Shown here piece after piece: positions 51,875-64,000 of a stretch of DNA of 64,000 bases; the stretch's first letter is position 1, and each line of letters opens with the position of its first letter. The stretch covers positions 171,926,001-171,990,000 of the forward strand of contig OX597814.1 in assembly GCA_951406725.2 (NCBI GenBank). Direction: 5' to 3'. The notes under the pieces were generated by a model that searched no databases, was not told the DNA's origin, and saw nothing but the letters and a program-made list of their open reading frames with translations. The DNA comes from Octopus vulgaris (Eukaryota). The position numbers and the translations under genes are program-made.

Positions 51875-52785
51875 TGTAGCATGTGGTGAGTGTTTGTGTG
51901 ATATTTTTATGACTAAAGGTGTGTAGATCAAATAATGGACTTAAATTATGCGCAACTGCGTTAGAAAACACTTGCACAACATCAAGGGTGCTATAGTCTT
52001 GTGAAACCCAGAGATACATGGTAACGATTTGAAATTCCAAACCACACAAGCATTTCCTCGCTTTTTTCACTTTGTTTTATCAGGAAATAATTATTATGTA
52101 TTCTAAGAAACTGAGTTTCTTTCATACAAAATCATAGTTAAAGAAAAAAGAAGAAAAAAAAGAAGACATTTCTATCAGAAGAAAGAACGAGAAGAAACGA
52201 CATTGTCGCCTTTTTTTGAATCGGTCATTAGCGACTACATTAAGTGAAATTAAATAGATGCAGAGAAGGTAATTGAAACCTATACAAGTAATCCGTTCGC
52301 TGGGAAATGTTATCTCTTTTCTTGAGCGCTTACCTTCATTTCAACTTGAAGTTCCATGAAGTAAGTGAATATTAACACTCTGGCATGCTCAATGGTTCTT
52401 TTGTGATATCAAACCTTAAAATTTCGAAAACACAGATAACATGTTTTCTGTAACAGCTTATTAAGATATTAAAAAAAAAAAAATTTGTTTATATATTTTC
52501 AAGCAGATATGGTCGTTTGTTATAGAACGTTTATAAATAATTTCTTGTTGTGAGAGTTTGCATGTATAGAAGGAATTCTTTCATGTAAGTGAAACCAATG
52601 AGTTTGATATTTGTTGTCTTCAACCAGCTACTTCAATCCAATAATCTGTGAATAAATTGAAGCCATATGTTGCATTTGATATTAGCTTATTCTTTCCTCG
52701 TCCTTAATCCATTTAAAGTTATATTAATGGTTAAATCTGGTAGAGATCGTGAAATATATATATACATATGAACACACACACACAC

Positions 52786-52845
<60 letters not shown>

Positions 52846-52854
52846 GTGTGTACG

Positions 52855-53021
52855 TTCATGCATATATATTGTATGTATATTTATATATATATGTATGTAT
52901 GTTTGTATATATATATATCTGTATTTGTACACAAACACGCATATATATACCTATGTATATATATATACATATGTATATATAGACATATGTATATATATAT
53001 ATATAAAACGATATATTTTTA

Positions 53022-53059
<38 letters not shown>

Positions 53060-53236
53060 ATAGAGAGAGAGAGAGAGAGAGAGAGAAATATATGTATTTA
53101 TAAACATATATACATTCATATATATGTATTATGTTATTACACATGCAATTGTATGTATGAGTGATATATATATATATATATATTGATGATGCATATATAT
53201 TTTATGTATATTTATATATATGTGTGTGTGTATGTT

Positions 53237-53281
<45 letters not shown>

Positions 53282-53452
53282 CTGTATTTGTACACAAACA
53301 CGCATATATATACTTATTTATATATATATAAAACGATATATTTATATACTAATATATATATATATATATTTAGAGAAATATATGTATTTATTTATAAACA
53401 TATATACATTCATATATGTATTATGTTATTACGCATGTAAATGTATGTATGA

Positions 53453-53515
<63 letters not shown>

Positions 53516-53520
53516 ATGTT
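52855..53520. repeat. Tandem duplication (about 330 bp) of a microsatellite-rich unit
   Basis: Shared unique anchors ATCTGTATTTGTACACAAACACGC, AAAACGATATATTT and GTATGTATGAGTGATATA occur twice. Confidence 0.85.
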
Positions 53521-54887
53521 TACACATGCACATACACACTCACACTGTTAAAATATGTTCACTCTACCTACACTCGTAGTGCACTTCGGTAAGTTAACCA
53601 CGCTACATAACAAATGTTTTCTTGTTTTTTTATTCATTTCTCGGATAAAAATATTTAGACAACTTTCTTACAACGTATAAAAAATATAAATATAAAAACG
53701 GTTATTTAATTGAAAAATATGCTTTCAAGAAACCTTATGTGTAATTCAGAATTAATTCTAAGAGTATTAAAAATATTCAAATGTATAAGACGTAGAAGTT
53801 CAAGTACACTCTCACACAGTATTTGAGTTTTTATTTCGCTCGAGGCATTGCTTTGTTTTCCCTAAACAAAATGTTCTCCGTCTTTTAGCTGAAGTTTGAA
53901 TGCCATATTAAAAATTCATTATTTTTCAGCGAAATTTTTATCATCATCATTATTATTATCGTTGTTGTTGTTGCTGTTGTTGTCGTTGTTGTTGTTATTC
54001 ACAGAAGTACATTCTAACTCATGTCATGATGTCACATATTTGGAGAAGAATGTCATTGTTGAATGAATGTAGCATGCCTTGTTTCTTAACTGGATTGTTT
54101 ATTTTATCGACCTTCCCTCCTTTTGTTACCATCATCGCCGCCATCATCTGGAGGCATCACTGCTACCGACTCCCGGAAGGCAAAGTCACTCACAGCAAGA
54201 ACCTGAATCAGCACTGTAAAGGATTGCAGCATTGCTGTATACCGCAAGGCAATTTGTCTGGCACACCACTGTTATGTCATTTTACCGCCTTATTATTTTC
54301 CACAATAATAGAGAACAATATAAGCTTGGAATTATTTCAGAACGGCTCGCTGTACGCGTCATTTGTTTAGTTATTCTTTCTTTTATGCTTAGTTAGAGAA
54401 GTTGTTGCGCAGTCGACATCTTGTAAAGTCTCCAAGCCTGAAGATAAAGATGGAGAGGGAAGAAGGAAACACAGTTCAGGGATTGCTGCATTGAGAAATG
54501 CTGCATCAGTGTATATCGGTGATTTCTTTTTCTTTCAGACAGAAACATGCTTCAGGTTGGGATGTGGCATTAAACCCGACGACAAGTTACGTCTATCTTG
54601 TTGGTTTGTTCACATCTGCTTATTACATTTATTTCTTAAATCCACCTGCTGGGTATTAAATGCTGAGGCGTTCATATCCCGCATATCAACCTTAACATTA
54701 CAGTTTTTAAAATGACGGAATGAACACGGATAGGACACATTTGATCATAAGTTTCGATTGAGACTGAATGGTTAGGAAAACTAAACTAACTGAACGACCA
54801 ACTAACCGATAGATCTATTAGGTAGACTCAATGAAATAGGTGCCATTAATATACTATCTCCTCTTCTAAACATCTTATCGTGTATAC

Positions 54888-55214
54888 CAGTGGATCTCAA
54901 CTAGAATCCATGATACCTGGAGGTCCATATAAGATTTTGATAGGGGGCCCACACAAGCAAAACAGTAAGTTGGGTCCACAGTAATATTTTATGGATCGAC
55001 GAAAAAAATTTTGCTTTATATTTATTGCAAGAAACGGCTAAGGTTTCTTTCTCTAATGTTTTACAGAGTTCAACCTATTCATGATAAAAAAAATAAAGAT
55101 TTTGAAGGAATTATCTATAAAGTTAGTTTTTAAACATCCAATGGCTAAGAGAGTCTATCAGAATAAAATATTAACCAAAAGGCTCCATAGATAATAAATA
55201 GTTGAAAAACTTTG
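54888..55214. mobile_element. Old hAT/Charlie-like MITE
   Basis: Starts CAGTGGATCTCAACT and ends AGTTGAAAAACTTTG (degenerate CAGTGGTTCTCAAC-type TIR). Confidence 0.5.
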
Positions 55215-56246
55215 GTTTATTATAATATATGGATCCTGCATTTTAACAAGTACCTTTCTATGAGTTCTACTAAGAAGTCTCTGGCAATTAAGCATGTTTT
55301 CTTTCAAAGGAGACATTTCTAAGTCTTACGCATTTAACATGTTATCCAACAGATTCGAGTACGGTAGTGTTTTCAATATATAATACAGAGAGGTAAAGGA
55401 CTTTGGTCAACTGAATTTATCAAAGCAATTAGTAGACCGAATTCCGTCTAGAGGGTGTTTAAAATCTAAAAACAAGAGAGAATCCGGTAAGATTAATCAA
55501 TGTAAAATTTTGGACAATATAAACTATGCAGTATAAAGTGAATCTAATCTTTAAAATCGCTGAAATGTTGTTCAGATCTTATTAGACTTCATCAGCGAGC
55601 CATATTTTATTCGGAATTCCCTATGTCATTCAAAAAATTTTGATCAGCTGAAACTGTAGAAATTAACTCCTTTGCTCGTTGGTTTTATATTTTGAACAGC
55701 AATGCCGGATTTGTTTGTATACGTATTGTTTGGATAAGATGAATTGCTGTAGGAGTTCTTCAACTCACTATAATATTTCTGCGAAACTCTAACCGGATTA
55801 TATATAATACACTGAATGCCCCCCTGAGTTACTTTTCTTCAGTCTTATTGTTTGTATTTCACAGAAGTGTTTAGACATACCAATAAGCAGATTTATGTAT
55901 ATTAAGATAAAATTTTAAATGTTCAATCAGAATTAACATATCTTGAATAGCAATGGCTACAAGGAGAAGGACACTGAAGAAGCAGAGAAAATGAAAGAAA
56001 GGAGGAAAGAAAATATGAATATATATCTCATTTAGCGTAGGTATACTGTAGAATGGCACAACACTGCGGTATTCGTTTTGAGAAAGCATCTCGTAGAGGC
56101 GTATGGCGCTAAAAAGCACAGAATCGAAAACGTGCAACAGCAACAGGGAAATTGCTAAATCCGGATTTCTGCGTCATTGCGCGTCATCAGTAGCAAGTAT
56201 CCACTAGCGTCTGCATGTTTAGACAAATTCCGCTTCTACACACACA

Positions 56247-56316
<70 letters not shown>

Positions 56317-56381
56317 CTATCTATCCATCTATGAATCTATTTATTCTTTCTCCTCTCTCTCCCCTCCCCCTCTCTCTCTCT

Positions 56382-56420
<39 letters not shown>

Positions 56421-56442
56421 GTATGTTTGTATATAAGTATGC

Positions 56443-56512
<70 letters not shown>

Positions 56513-57777
56513 GGGAGATAATGCATGCAACTTCACTTTTTTTCTTATCTTGTCAAGATATTAAGTAGAATAACTATTATCATGGTTTGTTCCTCGCTTC
56601 CTTTAAACCACAGAATGTCAAGAACTGCCAAATTAACTGCGTTGATTTTATGGAAATAAGACTTGAAAATCGATATCGCAAAGAGAAAAAAAATGCAAAC
56701 TGTACCCAAATTTTCGCAATTGCTATATTATTTTTTGACATTAATCCAGTAAATGTCGGAAAAAACACAAATAGAATAAAAATTAGAAATAAATGAATTA
56801 ATAAATACCTAAAAAAAAGAATACACGAATACCAGAACATAAATATTTTAAAATTCGAGTGTTTGTTTATTCGGCTGTAGCAGAACTTCCGTGTATCTCC
56901 AAATTTCGAAGACAATTTTTTTCCCATTAATTTTTCAAAAGTGGAAGTAAATATTTATTAAAAATTACGATTCATATATATTTTGGAATAACTTCAGGTA
57001 CACATTTATAGGCAGATACTTTTGGAATAATTTCAGGTATAAATTCACGTATGATATGAATAATTTCAAATTCTAATTTTCGTATTTGTTTGGATAAAAT
57101 ACTCTACTTAAAGCAAAAAATGTAAAGAAAATTATATATAATATAACATAACCTGAATCTGTGTTTCAAGCAAAAACCAGGGGTTAAGATTAACAAAACA
57201 TATATATACACGTAGAATTTGAACATCAAATTACTGTAACACACGTGTCTCTGTATGTATGTATGTCTCTCGCTCTCTCTCTCTCTCTTCATATATATTG
57301 TTATTTCGCACGTTCGGATGACCTCTACTCAACCTTGCTCGACGACTCTATTCTGATGTATAGACTTCTCCCCTTATATCTACGTATTGAGCTAGCCTAC
57401 AAAACCATCTGGGGACGTCCACACAACATATATATACTGGTCCCATCGCTCACCTACGCGCAATTTTATCGAATGCAGCTGTCCATCGTTAACCAGCTAG
57501 AGGAGATGTCCTCTTGGGGTTAAAAAATCGCAATAGAATCCTCTCGAACGGACAACCATGTTAAAGTGACTAGAAATGTTACTTGTCAGCACAACTACTG
57601 CGTTGTTTTCTTAGAGAGATTTTAGCTTATATATATATAGCTATGTAGGTGCAAACAGGAAAACTAGAACACAAATCATGAGTATACGTATATTTTTATT
57701 AATATTAAGCAGAAGCAACAGTGACTCAAGATATGAGAGTTTCGTGCGGGACCTTGAGTTACTCAGTTCCTTCCGAA

Positions 57778-57808
<31 letters not shown>

Positions 57809-57809
57809 C

Positions 57810-57981
57810 ATGCTAGATCGTTAGCCACTATACATTCTTCATTTTCTCTCCCTGTTTCTTTCTGTGTTCCTTTCTGTGGAAGAGCATAGGTTCGAAAGAC
57901 TTTTTCATTTCCCGAGTGTTAAACTAATACATCTGTTTGTTGTCTGCACCACCTGTCTTCGTCTTTTTTTGTGAATTCTCC

Positions 57982-57985
<4 letters not shown>
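57810..57985 (+). mobile_element. Family H1 Penelope-like terminal repeat inside (TA)n
   Basis: CTTT CTGTGGA AGAGC ATAG GTTC GAAA; stem III region deleted; TA runs on both sides. Confidence 0.6.
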
Positions 57986-58032
<47 letters not shown>

Positions 58033-58539
58033 CTTACAGAGTTGTCTTGCATAGCAAATGAGTTGATCTGAGATCGTGTGCTGAAACAAAAACAAGTGCA
58101 GCGTGGAAGGTGCTTATAAGCCATTTAAAACACACACAAAACCGTTAGATTCACTTCAACATTTGAATTTAATTTGGCAAAATATTCTCGTCGCTTTGAA
58201 ACCGTGACCTGTTCACTGACAAAATTCCGTTCTGCACCTGAAAAAGTAAGTTAGTTTATGATATATATGTACGTACGTACGTATGTATGTATGTATGTAT
58301 GTATGTATGTATGTATGTATGTATGTATGTATGTATGTATGTATGTATGTATGTATGTATGTATGTATGTATGTATGTATGTACTTATGTATTTATGTGA
58401 GTATTTAGGTATGTAAGTGTGTAGACGTCTCTGTGTGTGTATATGTGTATGTACATGTGAACGTATGTTTAAGTACTGATATGTGTGTCTGTTCAAGTTG
58501 TATACATGACTGGTACTCTGTCGAAGGTTGTATATAAAC

Positions 58540-58620
<81 letters not shown>

Positions 58621-58738
58621 TCACCACTTCACCTTATACCAGAAACAGTTGTAAGCTAATGAATTTCATAAGATAATTTATTCCTTTTTGTTATCTCCTT
58701 CTCTCTGTCTCTCTTTCTGTCTCTGTCTCTTCTCTCTG

Positions 58739-58806
<68 letters not shown>

Positions 58807-59971
58807 AGAATATGGGGGTTTAGTTCACTGGAGATCTAAACGAATAGGTACGCTGGGTAAGTGCTGTAACGGGTTATCATAGTTACAGCTCGTAACAGAA
58901 ACGGGAGCTATGGATCTATTTTAGGTTTCCGGTTTAGCAGATATAAACTTGTGAAATAGGACAACAAACGCCGAGGCATAACAAGCATCTCAATTCATAT
59001 ACACTATACTTGTTTTGCAGAATTTGTTGCAATTGATTCCTCCAGAGTCAGCATACCTCAGTGATGATGATATTCGTCGCAAAAGATCATGTACCTATCA
59101 CCATCATCGAATGGTTATAGTCTTTATATGAAGAGTATCCACCCGAGTTCATCCCACAGTGAGAAGTACCTTGCAGTTTTACTTAAGAAAAATACTGATT
59201 AATGAGCTTCAATTTCACCCATTTTGCTTATGCGTACATCACCGACAAGGTGTATAAAATAACTAAAGTAAGAAGATAGCATTTGTGTTAATAAATTAAT
59301 GTGAATTACCATGCATATGGCATGCTTAATAAGCATATCCACTTCGCAGTATAAACCCAGTGGTTAAACCACAAGGTTTCTCTGCAGAACCTAGCCGAGA
59401 GCAATTCGACTAGTTTCGAATAATATAACTATCTCATTGAGTGTGTCTACATTTTTGATCTATTCATAATTTATATATACATAGACTACCTCAGTAATTC
59501 AGTTATTTCTTATACATTGCCAACCAAGTAAAATGAGTGATTGTTACTTATATACGATTTTTCACAATTAGTTCCAAATTACTTCTCTGTAGGATAAACT
59601 CGAATCTTAATAAAATAAAATAAAATAGCAATAGCTAGTCGGAACTAGCCGAACTGTTTTCAGATTCATCCAGCAGAGAGAGAAACGGGGAAGGAAAGAA
59701 ATAAAAACAGGATTCCGAAAAAATTAATACGAGTTTGTCCAAGTTTAAATGCTGTAAAAGAAGTGATACGAATGTTTCGCATTGTTGTCCCTTGTGAAGA
59801 GATAAAATATACCAGTATATGGGACACAGATCGGAAAAGTTAACCGCAGTTGTTTTAAAATTATAAACCATGCAAATAGTAACTTAGTTTCGTTTAAGTA
59901 CAAAGAATCTATTTCATGAGGCTGAAAATGGTTTATTAAGATGTTCATTAATAAGCATTATTTATTAATAA

Positions 59972-60185
59972 GGCGGTAAGCTGGCAGAATCGTTAGCACG
60001 CCGGGCGAAATGCGTAGCCGTATTTCGTCTGTCTTTACGTTCTGCATTCAAATTCCGCCGAGGCCCACTTTACCTTTCATCCTCCTTCGGGATCGATAAA
60101 ATAAGTACCAGTTGAATACTGGAGTCAATGTAATCAACTCGTCCCTTTCCAAAAATTGCTAACCTTGTGCCAAAATTTCAAACCA
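59972..60185 (+). mobile_element. SINE family A with alternative tail
   Basis: Head and core homology. Confidence 0.85.
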
Positions 60186-60849
60186 ATATGCATTACTAAT
60201 TAAAGTAAATGACGTGAAATGAATTCAACTGAGAATAGAAACCACATCGCTAACTGAAGATTTGGCTGCTATTTCTAGCATATTAATATGATAAAGCAGG
60301 AGAAGGCGGGAGGGTGTTTTGATTCGCTCGCATTACTTCAGTATATCATCATAATCAGAACAAGTTAGATGGAATCTTATAACATAAAATAAAACATAGC
60401 TACAGTACACCTGCAACATTAATAGATCATCTCCAATGTGAGGTAGTGTCAAGAGCTGATTTTTAAAATGTCACATTCTGTAATTGACTTCGTTTTCTAT
60501 GAGTTTAACTGTATATATATATACAACAACTAATCTCCACATCAGTGGAGTCGACGTTTTTAACACTTCCTGAACCAGTGTACTTTAACAATAGAATAAA
60601 CATCGAGAATAAGAGCAAAGTAAGGCGCCTTTGACTGATTAGTGTATTTGCTAGAAATAGTAACCATATTTCCGCTAAATCCAAGCCTAAAGAAAATGAT
60701 GTGTATTAATTAGAAATCCATGCAGAAGAGTCGGAATGGTCATGGCTGACAAAAAACAGCCAAGTCCATGGTCATTGCTGGGAAAAGCAGCCAAGTTACT
60801 TGTAGATCGTAGTTCGCATGCAAATGCTCTTAAAAAAACAAAACTTATT

Positions 60850-60902
<53 letters not shown>

Positions 60903-60927
60903 GTGCTGCTGGTGTTGCTGCTGCTGG

Positions 60928-60961
<34 letters not shown>

Positions 60962-61002
60962 ACTACTACTACTAGTACTGCTGCTGCTAATAATAATAAT
61001 AA

Positions 61003-61640
61003 TAAACCAGTAACACCACTAAGCATACTTGGTGAGGAGGGTGGATTTTCGACACCCTGAGGGATTAAAAACAGAACCCAGCAAAGGGCAGAGGTCCTCA
61101 GAAGTGTCAATGGCCATTCCTAAAACGGACAGACAAAACTCGTGAGCCTTGGTTGGCAGTCTGTCTAAGAGAGGGAACACTCTGATTTAGAACTGAGGTA
61201 GATATGACTCCTTAGTCACAGTGGTGACAACCTGTCAGTGTCCAACAGTTCCATGGTTGGGATGAAGGCAAATGAACCGGGAATCGGCACTTAACTCCGG
61301 AGCAAAATTTGGATGAAGATACGGGACCAATTGACTCTCACCTGTCTCCTAATGAAAATCACGATCATGGTCCCAAACACACAGAAATGAGAAGTGAAAA
61401 GGCCCAACTTATGGATAGTAAGAGCTCTGCAGTTTTTGTTGACAATCTTACTAGAGATGGTGTTTGCTAACCTTGAAACACAAACCTAAATGCTGAGTGA
61501 AAATGTCTAATATAAATGTATCAAAAAACGGTATTAATGAGACTGGAAACAAAGGTGAAAGCCTTTCGTCCGGCAGGTACCCTGTGGTTGAGCAAGAGCC
61601 CATGAGCCTGGCTAGGCTTGAAAAGGGTGCATAAATAATA
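61003..61640 (+). mobile_element. Possible RTE-like LINE 5' UTR remnant
   Basis: GC-richer structured segment after (TAA)n; GGCAGTCTGTCTAAGAGAGGGAACACTCTGATTT resembles RTE-type 5' leaders (recalled similarity, not verified). Confidence 0.3.
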
Positions 61641-61719
61641 AATAAACTTTTACCATTTAGGCTCCTCACCGATAACTTACCCACACAACTTATCTGAGTA
61701 TTCCCAAGTGAGGGAACCA

Positions 61720-62700
61720 TGTCTTGTGGATTGGTCATTGTCTTTTTTTGTGTGCATTTTGTTGTTGTTTTGGGGCTTTCATTTACTCTCGTTGATAGTG
61801 ATGCATTGAATTTCAGAGCAGTGCTTTCCTTCTGCCGTTTCTGTTGCTGTTGTTCCCATTCTTATTTTGTTTTTGTCGATGTTCTTGTCGGTTCTGCTTC
61901 CAGTCTTGCAGCTAGTGTTGCAATCATTGTTGCTGCAGTTGAATGATATTGTTGTAGCTGCTGTGGTTGTTGTGTTGTAGTTACTTAGTCGCTACTGTTT
62001 TTGGTGGTGAAGACCTTTCAGGTGTCATTTTCTGCTGTTATTGTTGTTGGTGTTGCTGGAAGCATAAAGCTTTAAGGTAATTAGTGTTTCCACAATTGTA
62101 ACATCGAAGCCTTATATCTACCATAAACATAAACAGTCGATGCTCTCCTGAGATCGGGGATTTTGATTGGTGTCTCAAGTTATACATAAATCAAAGTTTT
62201 CTGCTCCTTAACGCAATTTTCTTTCCGGCATCATTTTAATTCCAGCAACGTGCAAGGATCTTCGAAAACCAAGCATTTTCTTGCCCTCGCAAGGCACAAT
62301 GTTTGATATTATTACTCAAATCACTCTCCGCCCCAGGAAAATCGGTGTTAGTGTGACATCTTCACTTCTGAGTGGAATGGCTGAGGGCTTCGGAACAGAG
62401 CTTTCCGAGCGAAAAATAACTCGAACATATCCGAACTTTTTGGCGTGTCCCATAATATTGATATCTTAGTAAATGTTCCTCAAACAGATTTCAGTTTGGC
62501 TGGAATATATAGGCTATAATCTGGTTTCTCGTCGATCGGCATCAATACAGAATTGTTTTAATTTCTATTTGGTGTAAAAAAGTATTGTAGTTTATTCAGC
62601 GGAACTCTTTTCAATTCTAGTCTCTTGAGATTCTCCGCCTCTTTTAAACGTCCATTATCTAGTGATTTGAGATTTAAAAAATATTTGTGATCTAGTCAAA
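61720..62700 (-). pseudogene. Possible decayed LINE ORF1-like sequence
   Basis: Interrupted coding-like frames (LNLKSLDNGRLKEAENLKRLELKRVPLNKLQYFL; YYGTRQKVRIC) followed by a T/Q/K-rich low-complexity tail. Confidence 0.25.
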
Positions 62701-62961
62701 TATTTTTATTGTGTTTACACTGCTGCTACTGTTGTTGTTGTTAAGCAACAAGACGGGTAAGGGTGATTAGGTGATGGACTAGGGCTTAGGGTCAGGGGAC
62801 CCCCAGACCTTCGAAAAAAAACTTTGGTCGTCTTGTTGTAGTCGAGGGCTCTTCGTTGACACCCGACACCACTGGGAGGTGGCCCTCGAAGTCGCTGGAA
62901 ATGGAGATCTCCAGCTCCAAATTCTTGGACGGCTGCTGCTAATTTTGCGGTTATTAGTACC

Positions 62962-63146
62962 TATTTCTTTACTACCCACAAGGGGCTAAACACAGAGGGG
63001 ACAAACAAGAACAGACAAACGGATTCAGTCGATTACATCGACCCCCAGTGCGTAACTGGTACTTAATTTATCGAATCCGAAAGGATGAAAGGCAAAGTCG
63101 ACTTCGGCGGAATTTGAACTCAGAACGTAACGGCAGATGAAATATA
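62962..63146 (-). mobile_element. 5'-truncated SINE family A with TSD
   Basis: 14-bp TSD CGGTTATTAGTACC at 62948-62961 and 63147-63160. Confidence 0.9.
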
Positions 63147-64000
63147 CGGTTATTAGTACCATCATTATCATTGTCGTTATTGCTTCTTATTGGGGTTTCG
63201 TGGTGGTTGGACTTATACTGTTAGAGTTGGCAATGCCCGATTTGCTGCTACTACCTGTAGGCATTTTGTAAACTTCTTTGATTAGCATGTCATTCTTGTT
63301 GCTGCTGCTGCTAGAACTGAGCTATCCTGGCAGATATAATATCTACCACTACTCACAATTCTTTCTCCAAATGTTAAATTTGTAGATATTTGTAACAAAA
63401 AAATTTGTTTCATGGATGTAGACGGCAGGAGAAAACAGCTGTGACTCTTTCAATTATTTTACCGGATGGATTCTTTTCTAGGATACATGCACTTATTGTG
63501 AGCAAGGAATATTATTAGCACAATGAAGAAAAAGTATGGATTTAAACGTTCTACAATGCTATTTATTGCAAGACTCTTATAAATCCTCTCATATCATATA
63601 CGTGATCAATGCATCGATACTAGAAACGACTATAGACAGATACAATTTGCACCGAACAACAGATGATCATAAAAAATACAAATTCTGGGCCACACGAATA
63701 ATTCCAGTTAAGTTACAAAGAACATTGATGTATTTAGGGGCAGTGTTACAATTTCTTCAGTAATGGTAAAAAACGATGATAGTGATAATAATAATAACAA
63801 CATTAGTGCTAATATACCAATGACCATAACAATAACTATTACCACATATCGAAATACTCTCCACTCTTAGCACACGTGAGAGAGAAATAATTGCGTTGCT
63901 ACTACAAGTCGACTGTTTCTCGTAACGACTAAACAGGAAATTGATGATCTTTTACAATCAGTAGCTTGCAAACCCACAATGAACCCTCCAACATGGCTAT

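Noticed and set aside
55555-55600. Minus-strand CTGATGA with hairpin
   Set aside because: GAAA and stems I and III too degraded to call

Overview
AT-rich animal DNA that is intergenic or intronic and saturated with microsatellites ((TA)n, (CA)n, (TATC)n, (TACA)n, (TAA)n, (GAA)n) and interspersed repeats. The SINE repertoire looks like that of an octopus (inference). No intact host protein-coding gene was found, and nearly all supplied ORFs are microsatellite or SINE artefacts. Identifiable elements: about 20 copies of a tRNA-headed SINE with a Nin/Deu-like core (family A, often dimeric, many with TSDs), about 12 copies of a CORE-type SINE with an internal microsatellite (family B), one tRNA-Arg-headed SINE, decayed mariner, CR1/L2 and R4/Dong-like LINE fragments, a non-autonomous Helitron and several MITEs. 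The most notable signal is a set of sequence-unrelated type I hammerhead-ribozyme motifs (at least five families). They lie in Penelope-like terminal repeats that mostly sit in or beside (TA)n tracts and repeatedly form head-to-head fold-backs. These include a perfect 132-bp palindrome encoding a hammerhead on each strand and a 352-nt terminally redundant, retrozyme-like unit. All folds were read by eye and activity is untested.
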